DNA of 61,577 nt, the filler included, from Choristocarpus tenellus KU-1152 (taxonomy: Eukaryota; Protista; Phaeophyceae), in assembly GCA_964200185.2 (NCBI GenBank). It is 12 parts of 12 records of this genome, joined end to end, with 100 filler letters (N's around TTAATTAATTAA, not from the genome) between each part and the next. Parts side by side here need not be neighbours in the genome. Positions count along the whole stretch, not along the records: positions 24,027 to 27,594 come from CAXNAD020019210.1; positions 27,695 to 37,441 come from CAXNAD020003433.1; 10 more parts are not named here. One strand, 5' to 3'. The notes below the pieces were generated by a model, which was not told the origin of the DNA, searched no databases, and saw only the letters and a program-made list of their open reading frames with translations. Positions within the stretch are counted from its first letter, which is position 1; the number at the start of each line of letters is the position of its first letter. Shown here piece by piece: positions 24,385 to 36,645 of the stretch. A program made the translations under genes and the position numbers.

Positions 24385-26329
24385 CCGAATGTTCTTGGTC
24401 AACGCCCCAAAGCGGGGGTGTGGGTTAATCACCCCGTCTGGTACATAAGCAGAGTTGGCAATGGGACCACGAACTGGTCCTGCGTTAGTTGCACAGAAGT
24501 CACCCACGCCCATCAAGGGGAAGCATGACACTGTCGGGGCAATCTCATCTGGAGCAAGCACGCTGAGGATGCGCTTCCTCCGGAGGCGCATATTGCGTTC
24601 AACCTTTGTCCAGTCAGGTTGAATGGGTTTGAGGTACATTTGTGAGGTAACTTCTTCTTCTAGCATTTGTTTGAATTCTCAATGCGCTTTTTCAACTGGA
24701 CCAAACAGGGGGGTAATTAGTAGAAAAAATGCTCTATTTGTCACTGTCAGAAAAGGTGTTCAACCTGGGAAGCACCTGCATGCTCACATGTCCCAGCAGA
24801 CAGGGTATGTTGTCTAAATATCCTGACTACCGAATGCACACACTAGGGATGTTCCAGTTGTTGGGACAGAATGGGACAATATAGTCGCACAACTCCAAAA
24901 TTTGTACACACATGCCTCCTTACATGTTGTAGGAGAAAACAAAGGCTTCATGTTGAATGTTTCTGCCCTGTCCTAGGGTCACCATCACATTGCCATGTCA
25001 TACCATAATGTGCCATTAAAAAGTTGCACTCATACCTGGACGAGGTCTGCAGCATACCCCGAGAATGGCTTCCTTGGCGTGGCTTCCACCTGACACAAGC
25101 AAAGACAGTGGAGAGAATGACGAATGCTGCATGTCATTAAAACATTACTAAGCACCCATCTCATGGACCTGGGAACAATGTAAGGCTGGTTCCAGCATGC
25201 CAACCATTGTTGTCAAAGAAAAGCAAGTATATTTACGTCTCTGTTTAAACGCAGACAATTCGAACCTAGGTGCATTAGGAGTGTTCAGGATCCTTTGTTC
25301 TTTCACCTGTTCTGCGAGTACAGTTTGTGTGGTGAAAATGCATGGTACAGATTATATGAGAATGCAACTGCAATTTCCCTTCAGACACAATCGAGCCAAA
25401 TCAGTGCAATTGCCCTTACAAGTTCTGGCTGATGAAACTACTCAATTGAACACACCCTTGTACGCCGCAGCTCGCTAAGCATACCACAGTCGAAATATGC
25501 AACTATCAAAACTATGAGGTCAATTTCTTATTTTCCTTACGGCGTACATACCATCCAGCTGCCATATTCTGGGTGCCAAGTGCATCCTTCGTTCCTGTGC
25601 ATGGCCTCCTTTTCCTTCTCGCCCAATTCAGCGAGAATCTATTCCACAAGCAAATGAGGTTCAATCAGCAATCAGGGTAGGTTGTGTTGATGCGGGGAAC
25701 TGTGCAACACAGGGATGTACTCGGATTTGGCAAGAATCGATATCGCATCATGTATGCCGATGGTGGCAGAGTTGGTGACAACATCATGTACTCTCAGTTT
25801 ACTCCAACTGGGTGAGAGCATCGTTCTTGTCGATAGACAAATATACCAGTTCTAAGAGGCAGAGTGTATAAGGGGGCGAGGGTGCTGATGCATTGTAATC
25901 AGGATACGATCATAGATAGTTTGAACCTCTCGAACTTCAAGCTAGACAGAAGATTCTATACCTACCGATTCAACCACAACTGGACTCATCCATGTATTCA
26001 AATTACTTTTCAATAGACAGGCACAGGTTAACTTTCAACCAATAACGCATTCTGTCAGATAAGTCAACCACACCCCGGTGCAATGTGCTATATTGCATGG
26101 GTCCATTCACCTCAGCTCCCCTCAGTGACAACTTGACCGTTTTTGCCTCCTGGTCGACCTTGAATATGCCGTACTCGACCTCGTCGCCCCATAGCAGCTC
26201 ATCACAGCACAGATTCTTCACGCGATTATAGGTGTTAAGGAACTGAACCACGCCATGTTCTCTGACGTACTTTCGGTACTTGCTTCCCTCAGACCATGTG
26301 AGGGGCTTCCCGACAGTAAGAAGACCCAT
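24385..26329 (-). CDS. GCLC: Glutamate-cysteine ligase catalytic subunit (animal/fungal type), 5' part. Exons 26111-26329, 25552-25638, 25036-25089, 24385-24603
   Basis: MGLLTVGKPLTW, LLWGDEVEY, WHPEYGSWM, VEATP, VERNMRLRR, FPLMG, INPHPRFGALTKNIR. Confidence 0.95.
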
Positions 26330-27535
26330 ACACAGGCTATCAGGTAAAACCCTCCACCTACAATGTAAGCCCGAGTAGTAGTGAGCTTATAGTCCTATGC
26401 AATATGGTTCAATGCGACCTTCTTGGGAGTTTTCTACCAAATAACTGATCGTTGGAGCGAGTTGGATCCTTTCAAAAGGTACAACTTAAAACAGAGAACA
26501 AGTAGTTGTCGGGATGAAGACGTGGGAGGTTTTTGTGGGGAGTTTTGTGGTAAGATTGGGTAGGATATTGTTATACTGTACTGAAAAATAAATTGGAAGT
26601 AGGGAAAATGTTGTCAAAATATAAATAAGAACTCGAGATCTTGGCACCATGGTTGGGATGTAAGGTACGAGGTTTGTGGTTTGAGGTCTGTGATTTCGCT
26701 ATGAAACACCATAGATACTTCTTGTGTTTGGAGTTATTGTGTTAATAATAATACATTTAATAAATACATAAAAATATGGAAATATGAAGTGGTCATTGTT
26801 GTGTTGGTGAGGTTATTCTCTGTTTATTAGCATGTTGATTGTTCACAACAGTCACACTGTAACTACTACTTTTATTCATCCTAAGTTTAAAAACAAAACT
26901 CTGAATGAACTGGAGTGATTTTGTGAGTCTGAGACAGCTGTTGTTGTAGGAGTAGAACTTCTTGGTTGTGGAGGATGTATGCTTCCGTGCCATTAAATCT
27001 GAGTGCGTGGTGCAGTGTGATCTTGCCTGGAAATGAGACAGGTAGCTGCAGGGTTAGAACCTTATTCTTGATTGATGGCGCGTATGTGGCATTCAAATTT
27101 GGTGATGGTGTGGTGTGATGTTGAAGGTTGGCAGGTAGCTGTAGGAGTGAGTAAAAGTAGAGATAATGTACCCAGGTTTTGCCTGTCTTTCATTTTACGC
27201 CACTTTTTCAATCTTTAGCGATTCACCCATATTTTTATTTCTATGGATGAAATGTTAAGTTCGACTTGAGACCGTTGATTTTTCTATTGTTTGAAATTTT
27301 TTGACAGAATGATAGGCTGGAAACAACCCCACAAGCATTTGCCAGTGCATCTTTGTCTGAACCACTCTTCGCGAACTTGACGGAATGAGCCCTGAGATAA
27401 AAGTAAAGCACCATCAGAGTCAGAGGAAGTGCAGAAGATGATCAAGAAACCAGAGCACTGAGGTCTTGAGGACGGGAATATTTTCGTGGCATTCACGCCT
27501 CAGAGTCTAGCAATCACTTTCGGCTGCTGATTAGA

Positions 27536-27594
27536 GGCTTAACGTATCTGGGGGAGGTGGCGGCTGTCCAGTTGGGGTCAATTTTTTCATGTCG
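27536..27594 (+). mobile_element. MITE family B left end at contig edge
   Basis: GGCTTAACGTATCTGGGGGAGGTGGCGGCTGTCCAGTTGGGGTCAATTTTT. Confidence 0.8.
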
Positions 27595-28299
27595 NNNNNN
27601 NNNNNNNNNNNNNNNNNNNNNNNNNNNNNNNNNNNNNNTTAATTAATTAANNNNNNNNNNNNNNNNNNNNNNNNNNNNNNNNNNNNNNNNNNNNACTGCA
27701 GCTGCTGTCACCAACATGGATACCACCTGCGTCATTTTCCAAACTGTCCCCCTGTCCCCACCTCACCACCACCCGATGCCCCCACCCCACCACCAATCAC
27801 GACCAAGCACACACTCACAGTACAAGACGCACCCACAACCGACCTCACCACAATCACACCTCACGCTGGCTGCTCAGCTCCTCCCCTGGCCAATCCCCCC
27901 AGTCAAACACACCACCTGTTCGTTGATAGTGCTGCAGATACACTATAGACACCACTGGTGGATTACGTGACAGGGTAGAGAGCCAGTGACAAATATATTA
28001 TATGTACTGACTTACAGTGTTGATTGGTTTTATATCAAGATACACTTTCTATACTTGAGATAAGTAAATAAATGATTCATAGTAAATTAGTGTGGACGAT
28101 CACAAACCCCACACTGTAGAATAATATAATATGGTAGTCAAGGCTAGAGTCTCACCCACACATTTAGTCATCGGAGTAGAGACCAAGGCCCTTGTAAAAT
28201 TAACATTGTTCATCTATACCAAGCTGTTCTTTGTCCTTCATTAAAGCACCATAAAAGTCGCGGGTCCAGTGTGGGATATTCAACAGTTTGCAGCATTAA

Positions 28300-29070
28300 G
28301 ATGTCACAAACTGTGTGTTGGTGGAGGTGGAGGTGTTTGTAGCTTATATATATATATATATATATCATCTGGCTGACACCTCCCAGACAACTCTTAACAC
28401 TTGAAAAATGCCTAAATTATCATCATAGTGTGCATACTGGATGTGACAAAAGTTGGTCCATACGAGGAACTGTTATTTTGCTTTAGAAAGCCCTTGGTCA
28501 ACTACTGAGTGGGTTACTTTTGCCATATATTTGATAGAACGTCTGCCTGGAGCTTGATTTAAACAGTGTATCAATACATACGCGTATGTCCACTTCAACT
28601 ACCCAGTTGACACCATGAGCATAGTATGTTTCAGATCGAGTAAAGGAAGGCACACAAATATATTCTCCAGTCAACTACTTGACCCTTCTAATGGACAAAA
28701 ACGTATTCTACAGCATTGGTTCATACTCAACTCCTTGCACTTTAACTCCATTCATCCCATCACCTATCATTCTTTCTCCTCCCTTGAACCTGTTGTTGGA
28801 CGAGTTCTCAGTTCTCTGGAGAATTCTTATCTTCAGCTCTTTATGACACAATTCATTATTACGATCTCGTAAGGCTTCAAAACTCAAAAATATGTCAAGG
28901 TTTAAGAACACCTTGATCCTTGATCTCCCTGCACGCTGTCTCACCTCCTCCACGGGTGTAATCTCCACATCTTCAGGAACTGTGGGGTATACCACGTTTA
29001 CATCCCCTTCCTTGCCTACACTTTGCAGGCAAGTGTGGGAGGAATGTCTTGGGTCACCATTTAACGGTAA
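28300..29070 (+). mobile_element. Possible degenerate LINE (RTE-like) 3' fragment
   Basis: Weak peptide resemblance (DLPARCL ... RQVWEECL) to RTE C-terminal regions; no catalytic motif seen. Confidence 0.25.
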
Positions 29071-29193
29071 AGGATGCCGAATTTTCACCCTTACCTGCTT
29101 ATAAAATGAGTATGTGCACCAAAATATCTGTCAAAAAAGTATGTCCAAAGTTTTCGCAGTATTGTCGAAGGCAGAAGCTTTGCGGTCAAAGGT

Positions 29194-29210
29194 GGTGTTG
29201 AGTAAACACC
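29194..29210 (-). promoter_or_regulatory. Histone 3' UTR stem-loop (H2A copy 1)
   Basis: GGTGTT-TACTC-AACACC followed by ACC, about 59 nt after the stop. Confidence 0.85.
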
Positions 29211-29269
29211 AGATTGGTGGGGACGGCCCTCGAAGAGCTCATTACCGCATGGTAAAGAGGGCTATATGG

Positions 29270-29647
29270 TTATGCCTTCTTTGCAGACTTCTTAGGCAGA
29301 AGAACAGCATGTATGTTCGGCAAAACACCTCCAGAAGCAATGGTTACCTCACCGAGAAGCTTGTTCAGCTCTTCGTCGTTGCGGACGGCTAGCTGGATGT
29401 GACGGGGAACGATCCGAGCCTTCTTGTTGTCGCGGGCGGCATTGCCAGCCAGCTCGAGCACCTCCGCGGTCAGGTACTCCAGAACAGCGGCGAGGTATAC
29501 AGGGGTGCCAGCGCCAACACGAGTTGCATACTTACCCTGCTTAAGGAAGCGGCCAACACGACCAACAGGAAACTGAAGTCCAGCCTTGGCCGACCTTGAA
29601 GTCGACTTCTTGGAGTCACCACGTCCGCCTTTTCCCTTGCCAGGCAT
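29270..29647 (-). CDS. H2A: Histone H2A (intronless)
   Basis: [14 protein letters not shown]...[26 protein letters not shown]...[11 protein letters not shown]. Confidence 0.99.
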   Translation of the reverse strand: MPGKGKGGRGDSKKSTSRSAKAGLQFPVGRVGRFLKQGKYATRVGAGTPVYLAAVLEYLTAEVLELAGNAARDNKKARIVPRHIQLAVRNDEELNKLLGEVTIASGGVLPNIHAVLLPKKSAKKA

Positions 29648-29993
29648 GGTTAGTTGATGGGCGTTGGTAGACTTACAAATTCCTATTTTTTATGGGTTGT
29701 GTTGGGGGTTTGGGGATGGTCGTATGAGAAAGTGAGTTCAAAATATATTTGACGTCAAAATGTAATTCATTTCAAATTATATATAATATTTTTTTGTGTA
29801 GGATTAAATAATTTGGTTATCCCGATTTTGAAATGGTGCTGGACGATTAGCTGGGGAAACAATATCGAGATCTGATTGATTGAAAACAATAGCGGAGCAC
29901 GAAAAGGAACATCTGATCGTGACCAACCCCCCTTCCCCAACTCTGCCACAACTCGATTTTCCACAATCCCATTATCCACCCAACTCCGAAACC
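29648..29993. promoter_or_regulatory. Bidirectional H2A/H2B promoter, copy 1
   Basis: 346-bp divergent spacer sharing blocks GATTTTGAAATGG, GATT[A/G]GCTGGG, AATATCG and AGCGGAGCACGAAAAGGAA with 37024-37384. Confidence 0.75.
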
Positions 29994-30344
29994 ATGGCTA
30001 AGACACCCTCGAAGAAAGCTGCTAAGGCGCCCAAGAAGGCCGGCGAGAGGAAGAACAAGAGCAAGCGTACAGAATCTTACAGCTCGTACATCTACAAGGT
30101 GCTGAAGCAGGTCCACCCTGATACTGGTATCTCTAAGAGGGGCATGTCGATCATGAACTCATTCATCAATGACGTGTTCGAGCGTGTGGCGAGCGAGTCT
30201 GGTCGCCTGACCCGTTACAACAAGAAGGCAACTCTCTCTTCTCGTGAGGTGCAGACGGCTGTGCGCCTGATGCTCCCTGGTGAGCTCGCTAAGCACGCTG
30301 TATCTGAGGGTACGAAGGCTGTCACCAAGTTCACTTCATCCTAA
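29994..30344 (+). CDS. H2B: Histone H2B (intronless)
   Basis: [11 protein letters not shown]...[22 protein letters not shown]...[20 protein letters not shown]; true start is the ATG at 29994. Confidence 0.99.
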   Translation: MAKTPSKKAAKAPKKAGERKNKSKRTESYSSYIYKVLKQVHPDTGISKRGMSIMNSFINDVFERVASESGRLTRYNKKATLSSREVQTAVRLMLPGELAKHAVSEGTKAVTKFTSS

Positions 30345-30427
30345 TTGGGGGCAATTGGAAGTGCCAGGACTTTTTTCTTGCTTGATTTCGGAGTGAGTAT
30401 AAGTGATACGTATAATCTGTACAAACT

Positions 30428-30444
30428 GGTGTTTAGTCAACACC
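30428..30444 (+). promoter_or_regulatory. Histone 3' UTR stem-loop (H2B)
   Basis: GGTGTT-TAGTC-AACACC followed by ACC, about 83 nt after the stop. Confidence 0.85.
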
Positions 30445-30649
30445 ACCAACCCCACAAGGAATTGCTAGTGAAGTGATCTTTGGGTTTGGTCGTTTTGTTG
30501 TATGGTTTGATGGCGCGTAGAGAAAATGATTGGAGCTCTACCGTCTTACCTATAAAGAGAACAATTCTTTTCCCAGTCCTCCATTAACTCCTAGTGGATG
30601 TTGCTTATATTCTGGATTATTCTCACGGCATGAGGAAGAGTGACATCCA

Positions 30650-32200
30650 TCCTCAATTTTTATCCCACGCCTCAATCCATGCCATTGACATTTGTGATGA
30701 TTATTTGATGTTGTATGATTACCCTTTCTGTCACTAAAATTCACACACTTGTACCGAAGATCTTCGCAGACTTGTGAATGACTGGATGTTGCCCTGCTAT
30801 GATCCATGGCAGCTTCGGCCAAGTCTCATGCATTGTGTCCAACACTGCACCGTTTTGGGAAGAGGGGAGATTATTTCTTTTGGCATGTCCGATGAAGTGG
30901 AGGCAGCTATGACTAGTTCTGCTCCCCCACCTTTAACATGAGAGATTTGTACACAAGGAATGTAAAATTGGAATCTGTTAAACATCGAGATGCCGCTATT
31001 ACACTAGAGTAGAGAGTGGTGGTGATTGGTTTCCTTGGCATGGCGCTGCAGCAGTTCAATGACCAGAATGGTGGTACCCTTGAGCAGTTCATGAACTGGG
31101 CCACCTAGATACTTTTTGGTTACTGTGCCTGGAACTAGGGAATGGAATGGGTGTAGTTTAGCAGTGAGTACTTAAAATTTCTTTGCCTTGACATTTCGTA
31201 CAAGTTTTCTGGGGTTGGCAACATCACAACGCTCTCTGCTAGAATTTGTACTGCAACACAATCACTAGATGTTTTGAGTTTGTTATTGTCCACAGGCTGC
31301 ATCATCGTTTAGGATCTCCAAGCTAAGTGGGAAGCAACATACAAATAGGTGAAAGATGCTTGGTTCCTGTTTGTGAGATGCTTGGCTACATGTTTTGCAA
31401 GATTGAGCATTACCTGCTTGAGTTCTCAAACAAATCACAATTATGGTATATGTTTGATATTGGATGAATAACATTTTTTTCTTGGAAAGGGGTTTTCACC
31501 TATTTTTTTGTAAGGGTCCTCTGGCACATCCTTGCTTTGACAGATATGTTAACGTAACAGCTTGGTTGGCAAGCACATGCCAGGCATCTTTACAGTAGAG
31601 CAGTAGTGCGAACCTTATTGTGCAACTGGTACCACAAAAGGGAGGGGCAGTGCAATGAATTGGAAATTTTGGAAATATTTTTTCCTTTCCCCGTTGTGTA
31701 ACCTCAGAAGCACAAAATTTCTTGTACAATTATGGACCAATGGTGCACACTGATCCTGGTCACCTTGCAGCACATTGGGGTTGCTCAATATTGACAGCAG
31801 TATCATGAATATTTTGATGCTGGTTTTCCTAACCTTTTCTTCACTCCCATAGACAACTAGAAATACGAGGGTTCCATGGAGTCCAGGCATATGTAAAAAA
31901 CAAGATACAGGAGAGGTTTTTGTAATTTTGTTGGGATTGATAAGGGCTCTACTACCAGATCTCCAAGGGGCATTATGAACTGGGATTGGGTAGATTCAAT
32001 TTACCCTACCAAAGTCTCTCAAGGGGATGGAGGGATTTATGACAGGAAGAGATTTTTGTAGCCGGGACGGTGTTTCCAGTGTTCACTCTTAAGAGGAGTG
32101 GCATTTCCAGGGCCGGTTTCTGGATTACACAAGGGTAAGGGTAACATTCGTAGATGCAAGGTGTGTTCATCCTTGGTTCCACAAGTCCTGCAGGTGATAG
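30650..32200 (-). mobile_element. Degenerate APE/RT-type LINE remnant
   Basis: Broken minus-strand motifs in the expected order: LASTNV, LVVYG, VLQGD (APE-like) and RLGRSC (RT-like GRS). Confidence 0.35.
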
Positions 32201-32565
32201 TTGACTAGTTCGGAGCCAAAGTAAATGAGAGGTACCTAGGTTTTGGTTGTTTTACGTATGAAACCAGTTTTTCAATCTTAGGCAATTCGCCCATATTCCT
32301 TTGGAGGAAGTGCCAAGTTTTGTCAAGATTACGCTTGACCATTTGTGAGAATATGATTTGGGGTAATATTCTATGTATGCACAGACGATGATGTAGGACA
32401 TTCGGGATATTTAGGCGGGGATTTGACAAGAAGTAATCGGTGGAATGTTAGAGTCGGAGTGTTTCTGATGTGTATTAGAGAACTGTTGAGTCATTTACTG
32501 TAAGGCTTCGTGAGCCCCATCTAGTGATGGTGTCTCACTCTTTTCTTAACTGTGATACAAGTTAA

Positions 32566-33116
32566 GGCTCAAATTATCTGGGGAGGGGGTGGCGGCTGTC
32601 CAATTGGGGTCAATTCTTTCATATCGCCATTCTTGGGTGATTTGGTTGCATACATCGGATGGATAATGTAAGTGCACTTTTCCTGGTTTTGACCAAATGG
32701 ACACCCTTACACAAAAGAGAGCTATTATAATAGAGTTTTTGCATTATGTTGTATGGATGTATTTATTTGCGGAGTGAGCACTATCCCTTGAGGTGGGGGG
32801 TTCTCTCTCTTATTATCTTATTATCAAAAATTTGTCCTGCCGTTGGTCGTACTATGTCACTTATCCTGTGTAACTAGTACTACATCAGTAGTCCTCCGTC
32901 AATCATTTATATCAAGTACTAAGAAATCAATCATCCGAGATTCAAACCTATTACTCTAAGCACACGGATATAAGTAGTTGACACTTATTCTACTTAGCCA
33001 ACATTTCTGTTGTCTAGTAATGGTCACTAAACACGTAAGACCCTATAGACTGCCTAGCCTATATTGCACAACCCTGGTGTAGATTGCCCCCCCCCCCTCA
33101 AAAGATACTTTGGGTC
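32566..33116 (+). mobile_element. MITE family B copy (3-bp TSD TAA) split by a nested insertion
   Basis: TAA|GGCTCAAATTATCTGGG ... AGATACTTTGGGTC|TAA; MITE halves at 32566-32707 and 33071-33116. Confidence 0.9.
32708..33070. mobile_element. Probable solo LTR (363 bp) with 5-bp TSD ACCCT
   Basis: ACCCT|TACACAA...TTGCACA|ACCCT inside the MITE; TA...CA ends are one change from the canonical TG...CA. Confidence 0.7.
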
Positions 33117-34340
33117 TAATAAACAATAATATAACTGGTTGAGTGGGACAACAGATCATCAACGACACCTAAACAAGGGTGTTACGATTGGATCCATACT
33201 CCCAGCTCCCACAACTGCTTGAAAAAACAAAGAGCCAAACCAATTGAGAGGTAGGAAGGGTTGCATTTCTAGGTTCCTGAGAAAGGCCAAAGGGATATCA
33301 TGTTGTACAATTGCGGAAAGAGCCTTTGCTGAATTGTATATCACTTTGTGTGTACGAAGGGGAACATCAATTTTGAGTACACTGTTGTGTACACACAGCA
33401 ATATAATAGAGTATGTATTGCATAGTGTAAGAGAGGTGACTTAGAAAGCAGATGCGACCAAACCTACCCATCTCTCAACTGGTTTGGCTCAAAACTACTT
33501 GAGAGGTTCATGCATGAGTTAGAGTTCAAGAAGTGGTCCACTATAAGACCACATCTCTCTTAACTGGATTATTGTTGGTGGCAACAATGATCCTTACTTC
33601 TGATTGCACATATTTCCAGCCCTTGTGTGTGACAACTCTCTATGAGAAGTAGCACAAGCTGAAAGTGCTATGAATCATTGATGTTATATTTTCCCCTGCA
33701 GCTGCCAAAATAATATTTTTGCAGTTCAGAACATTCTTCAGTGCCATCAGGGCAACAATAGCAGCATTCACACTTCGATCATCGTAAGACTCAAACCCAC
33801 AACCCAAACAAAAACTCACATAACCCATACAGCTGAACTGTGATACTATGATACTATGATACCCTCCACTTCAGAGAGGCTCCCACACAGTACTGGGTCA
33901 ACACTAGGATTACTCACTTGATGTTTGTGGGGGTGTTGTTCATGGTATGATGAAGTTAAACAAGCTACAGCATTGCTTCTATGTTGTCATTAAGTGTAGC
34001 AACATGTGTGGGGTACAAACACATTAACTAGCCATCACGGCTGTGTCCAACAGTGACCGATTAAACATGAATATATTCTTCCTCATCCTTGCAGGTGTAC
34101 CACTGTCAGACCAGCAGTGGGTACAATGGGGGGGTTGCAGGTTTCCAACATTTTCACAGAGGTCGTAACACTACTAGAATTCACTACACATATCTTGGGA
34201 GTTAAGTATGATGTTGATCAGGTGCACCATGTCGCAAACTATTCCCATTCGCCTTAATGTACTACTAGATGGATGGTGAAGGCAAAGGTGTACAAATCTC
34301 ATTTCATCCATACAATCATGTGGTAAAGTGATAGCAGATA

Positions 34341-34600
34341 GAGTGAAAGTATCATAGAAGGTACAAGTTTTGCCCTGTTTGTCCATTTGAGGCTTGGCTT
34401 CCCATGCATTTTTTATGGCATTTTCCTACACCGAAATGTTTCATAGTAGGTAAAATGTGTATGTTATGGAAAGGCATGTTGAAAGCAAGGATATTGACAC
34501 TTCCTAACAAACACAATAACCAAAACTATACCAAAATCGTAACATTGGACTTTGGTCCCCAAACGGACACGGCTCTCTACCCCCTAAGATACTTTGACTA
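34341..34600 (+). mobile_element. MITE family A copy
   Basis: GAGTGAAAGTATCATAGAAGGTA ... TACCCCCTAAGATACTTTGACT. Confidence 0.9.
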
Positions 34601-35329
34601 AAAATGAGGATAGATTCATTGCTACTGACTAGTATTGACAAAGCACAAGGTGTTGTGATCGAATACACCACAAGAGTTGCATCAAGTGCAGCAAGTTTAA
34701 TAAAAAGAAGGGTGATGGAGATTTAATTTAGCCTCCGAAACTGCAGTGGTACAGCCCTGGCATTTTGTGTTGGGAGTGTAGGGTTGAGATTACAGATGCC
34801 GCCAAGTTTATGTTTAATGTAGTTTTGAAAGAAGTTCTCGAGAGAGAATGGAGATACGGCTGCATGGTTGTACGGCCCTTAGTTCGAAGTGAAGAGGCAA
34901 ATCCAGCAGCATCGCTTCAAAAAACACAGGGACGAAAAGGGTATAGAGCCGAATTTCACACTTGCTCCGTTTGGAATTTAATCTAACATAACTAATGCAA
35001 GTTCTGTTCTCACCAGGAAACGACCCACATATGATAAACCCTCTGGACAAGGCTTGGAAAAGTTGGGATGGACTGTCACTGTGGAGGATCACAAGTGCAA
35101 AATTGACCAAGTAAAATGTGATGGGATTCAAAGACCTCATGAAACTGTCAGAGTGGGTGTTTATTGGGATGCATAGGACGAAGGCCCCCTGTCGCTCAAG
35201 CAGCTTCCTCATCCCGTCTTTGCCTGTCGGTCCCAATTCTTCAGACCAGAAGTCTGTCTGGGGTAGACTCAAAAACCCAGACAAAGAATAGTTTGGTGGT
35301 GCAATGTCTGGAGGCAAGAGGGCACAAGA

Positions 35330-35830
35330 CTCAGATTCGTTGGGGGGTGGTAACAGCCATCATGGAGGACTTTGGAATTTCCCTCATCACCATGTTCCAT
35401 CATCTGAAGGAGTGTGATAGCCAGACCACATGTGGTGAATGCATGGACCTCATAAGATCGCAAGAGGGGTGATATGACTTCCGTACAAGTATCCTCAATT
35501 TTTGGGATACTCCATCGGTACACTACAGATCCACAAATGGATGGCCAATGCTGGGGTCTTCCTCACTTTGTTGCAGGATTGGTGCAAGCATGAGAAGGTG
35601 AAGAACCTCCAGCGGTGGATTAAGCTGGTCCTCTCAGACCAGTAGAGGGTCAACAGGGTAGGTTTCGTCATCAATTCTCACATACAGGAGGGGAGAAAGC
35701 GGGGTATTAGTGGGTAATCTATATGACTGGGAGCATGTGGGCGAGAAGTGGCTTCCATCCTCAAAGATGGGCAAGATTTGTACCTGCACCACACTGAGGA
35801 CCCTGCAAACCCCTACAGGCAAAGAGTAAG
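35330..35830 (+). mobile_element. Degenerate mariner-like (DD39D-type) transposase fragment
   Basis: RWIKLVLSDQ*RVNRVGF ... NLYDWEHVGEKWL resembles the IKPxLT...R..F...yd.VHvDEKWF motif; contains a stop and a frameshift. Confidence 0.55.
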
Positions 35831-36098
35831 TATTACATTATGAAGGTGATGTTCCTAGCAGTTTATTTGCTTCGTTGGATAAGAAACAGAGCAAAGAGGA
35901 TTGAGGCATCACAATGTATTTGAGGGCAAAAACGTCCCTTGTGTGACTCATCGGTCCAAGACAACCCACAACTCGGGTAGTGGAAATGCAAACCAAATTG
36001 CTCAATGGAAGGCAAAAACTAGGCTTATCTTGACTCTACTAAAGTACCACCCTCAGGCATCACTATCACGCAATTATCGATATACATTTCCACAATAC

Positions 36099-36356
36099 GA
36101 GTGAAAGTATCTTAGAGCGTACGAGTTTTTCGCCGTTTGTCTATTTGGGGCTTGGCTTCCCATGGGGGTTTTAAAGACATTTTCCTACTCCAAAATGTTT
36201 AGGAGTAGGTAAAATGTTTACGTTATGAAAAGGTTGGCCGGAACAACGATATTGACACTTCCTAACAAACACGATAGCCAAAATCACATCAAAATACCAA
36301 CATTGGATGTTAGCCCCCAAATGGACACGGCCTTACCCTCTAAGATACTTTGGCTC
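36099..36356 (+). mobile_element. MITE family A copy
   Basis: GAGTGAAAGTATCTTAGAGCGTA ... TACCCTCTAAGATACTTTGGCTC. Confidence 0.9.
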
Positions 36357-36568
36357 CACGCGCTCCACGTAATTGATGCGAGATAGAGAAATATCTGTAC
36401 AGCTTCCTAAAGATCAATACAAAACTAAAATACCCAGATATGAATACATTCGACCTAAAGCGCACCCTAACCTGTCGTGTAACTCGAGAATTTGTACCCG
36501 ATCTATGAAAAATGGAATATAATAACCGTAACGCAAACGGTGGCAAGCAATCCTTTGCGCTCAAGGGT

Positions 36569-36585
36569 GGTGTTGACTAAACACC
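36569..36585 (-). promoter_or_regulatory. Histone 3' UTR stem-loop (H2A copy 2)
   Basis: GGTGTT-TAGTC-AACACC followed by ACC, about 60 nt after the stop. Confidence 0.85.
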
Positions 36586-36645
36586 AAGTTGGTCGGGAGA
36601 GACCCGGAAGAATTCATGACCCTGATCATGATAAGGAACAAACAT

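Noticed and set aside
20559-26329. Apparent redox cluster (haem peroxidase next to glutamate-cysteine ligase)
   Set aside because: The genes are on different contigs separated by a linker
29880-29993. N-terminally extended 154-aa H2B in the ORF track
   Set aside because: It begins at a non-ATG codon in promoter/UTR sequence; the ATG at 29994 gives a normal H2B
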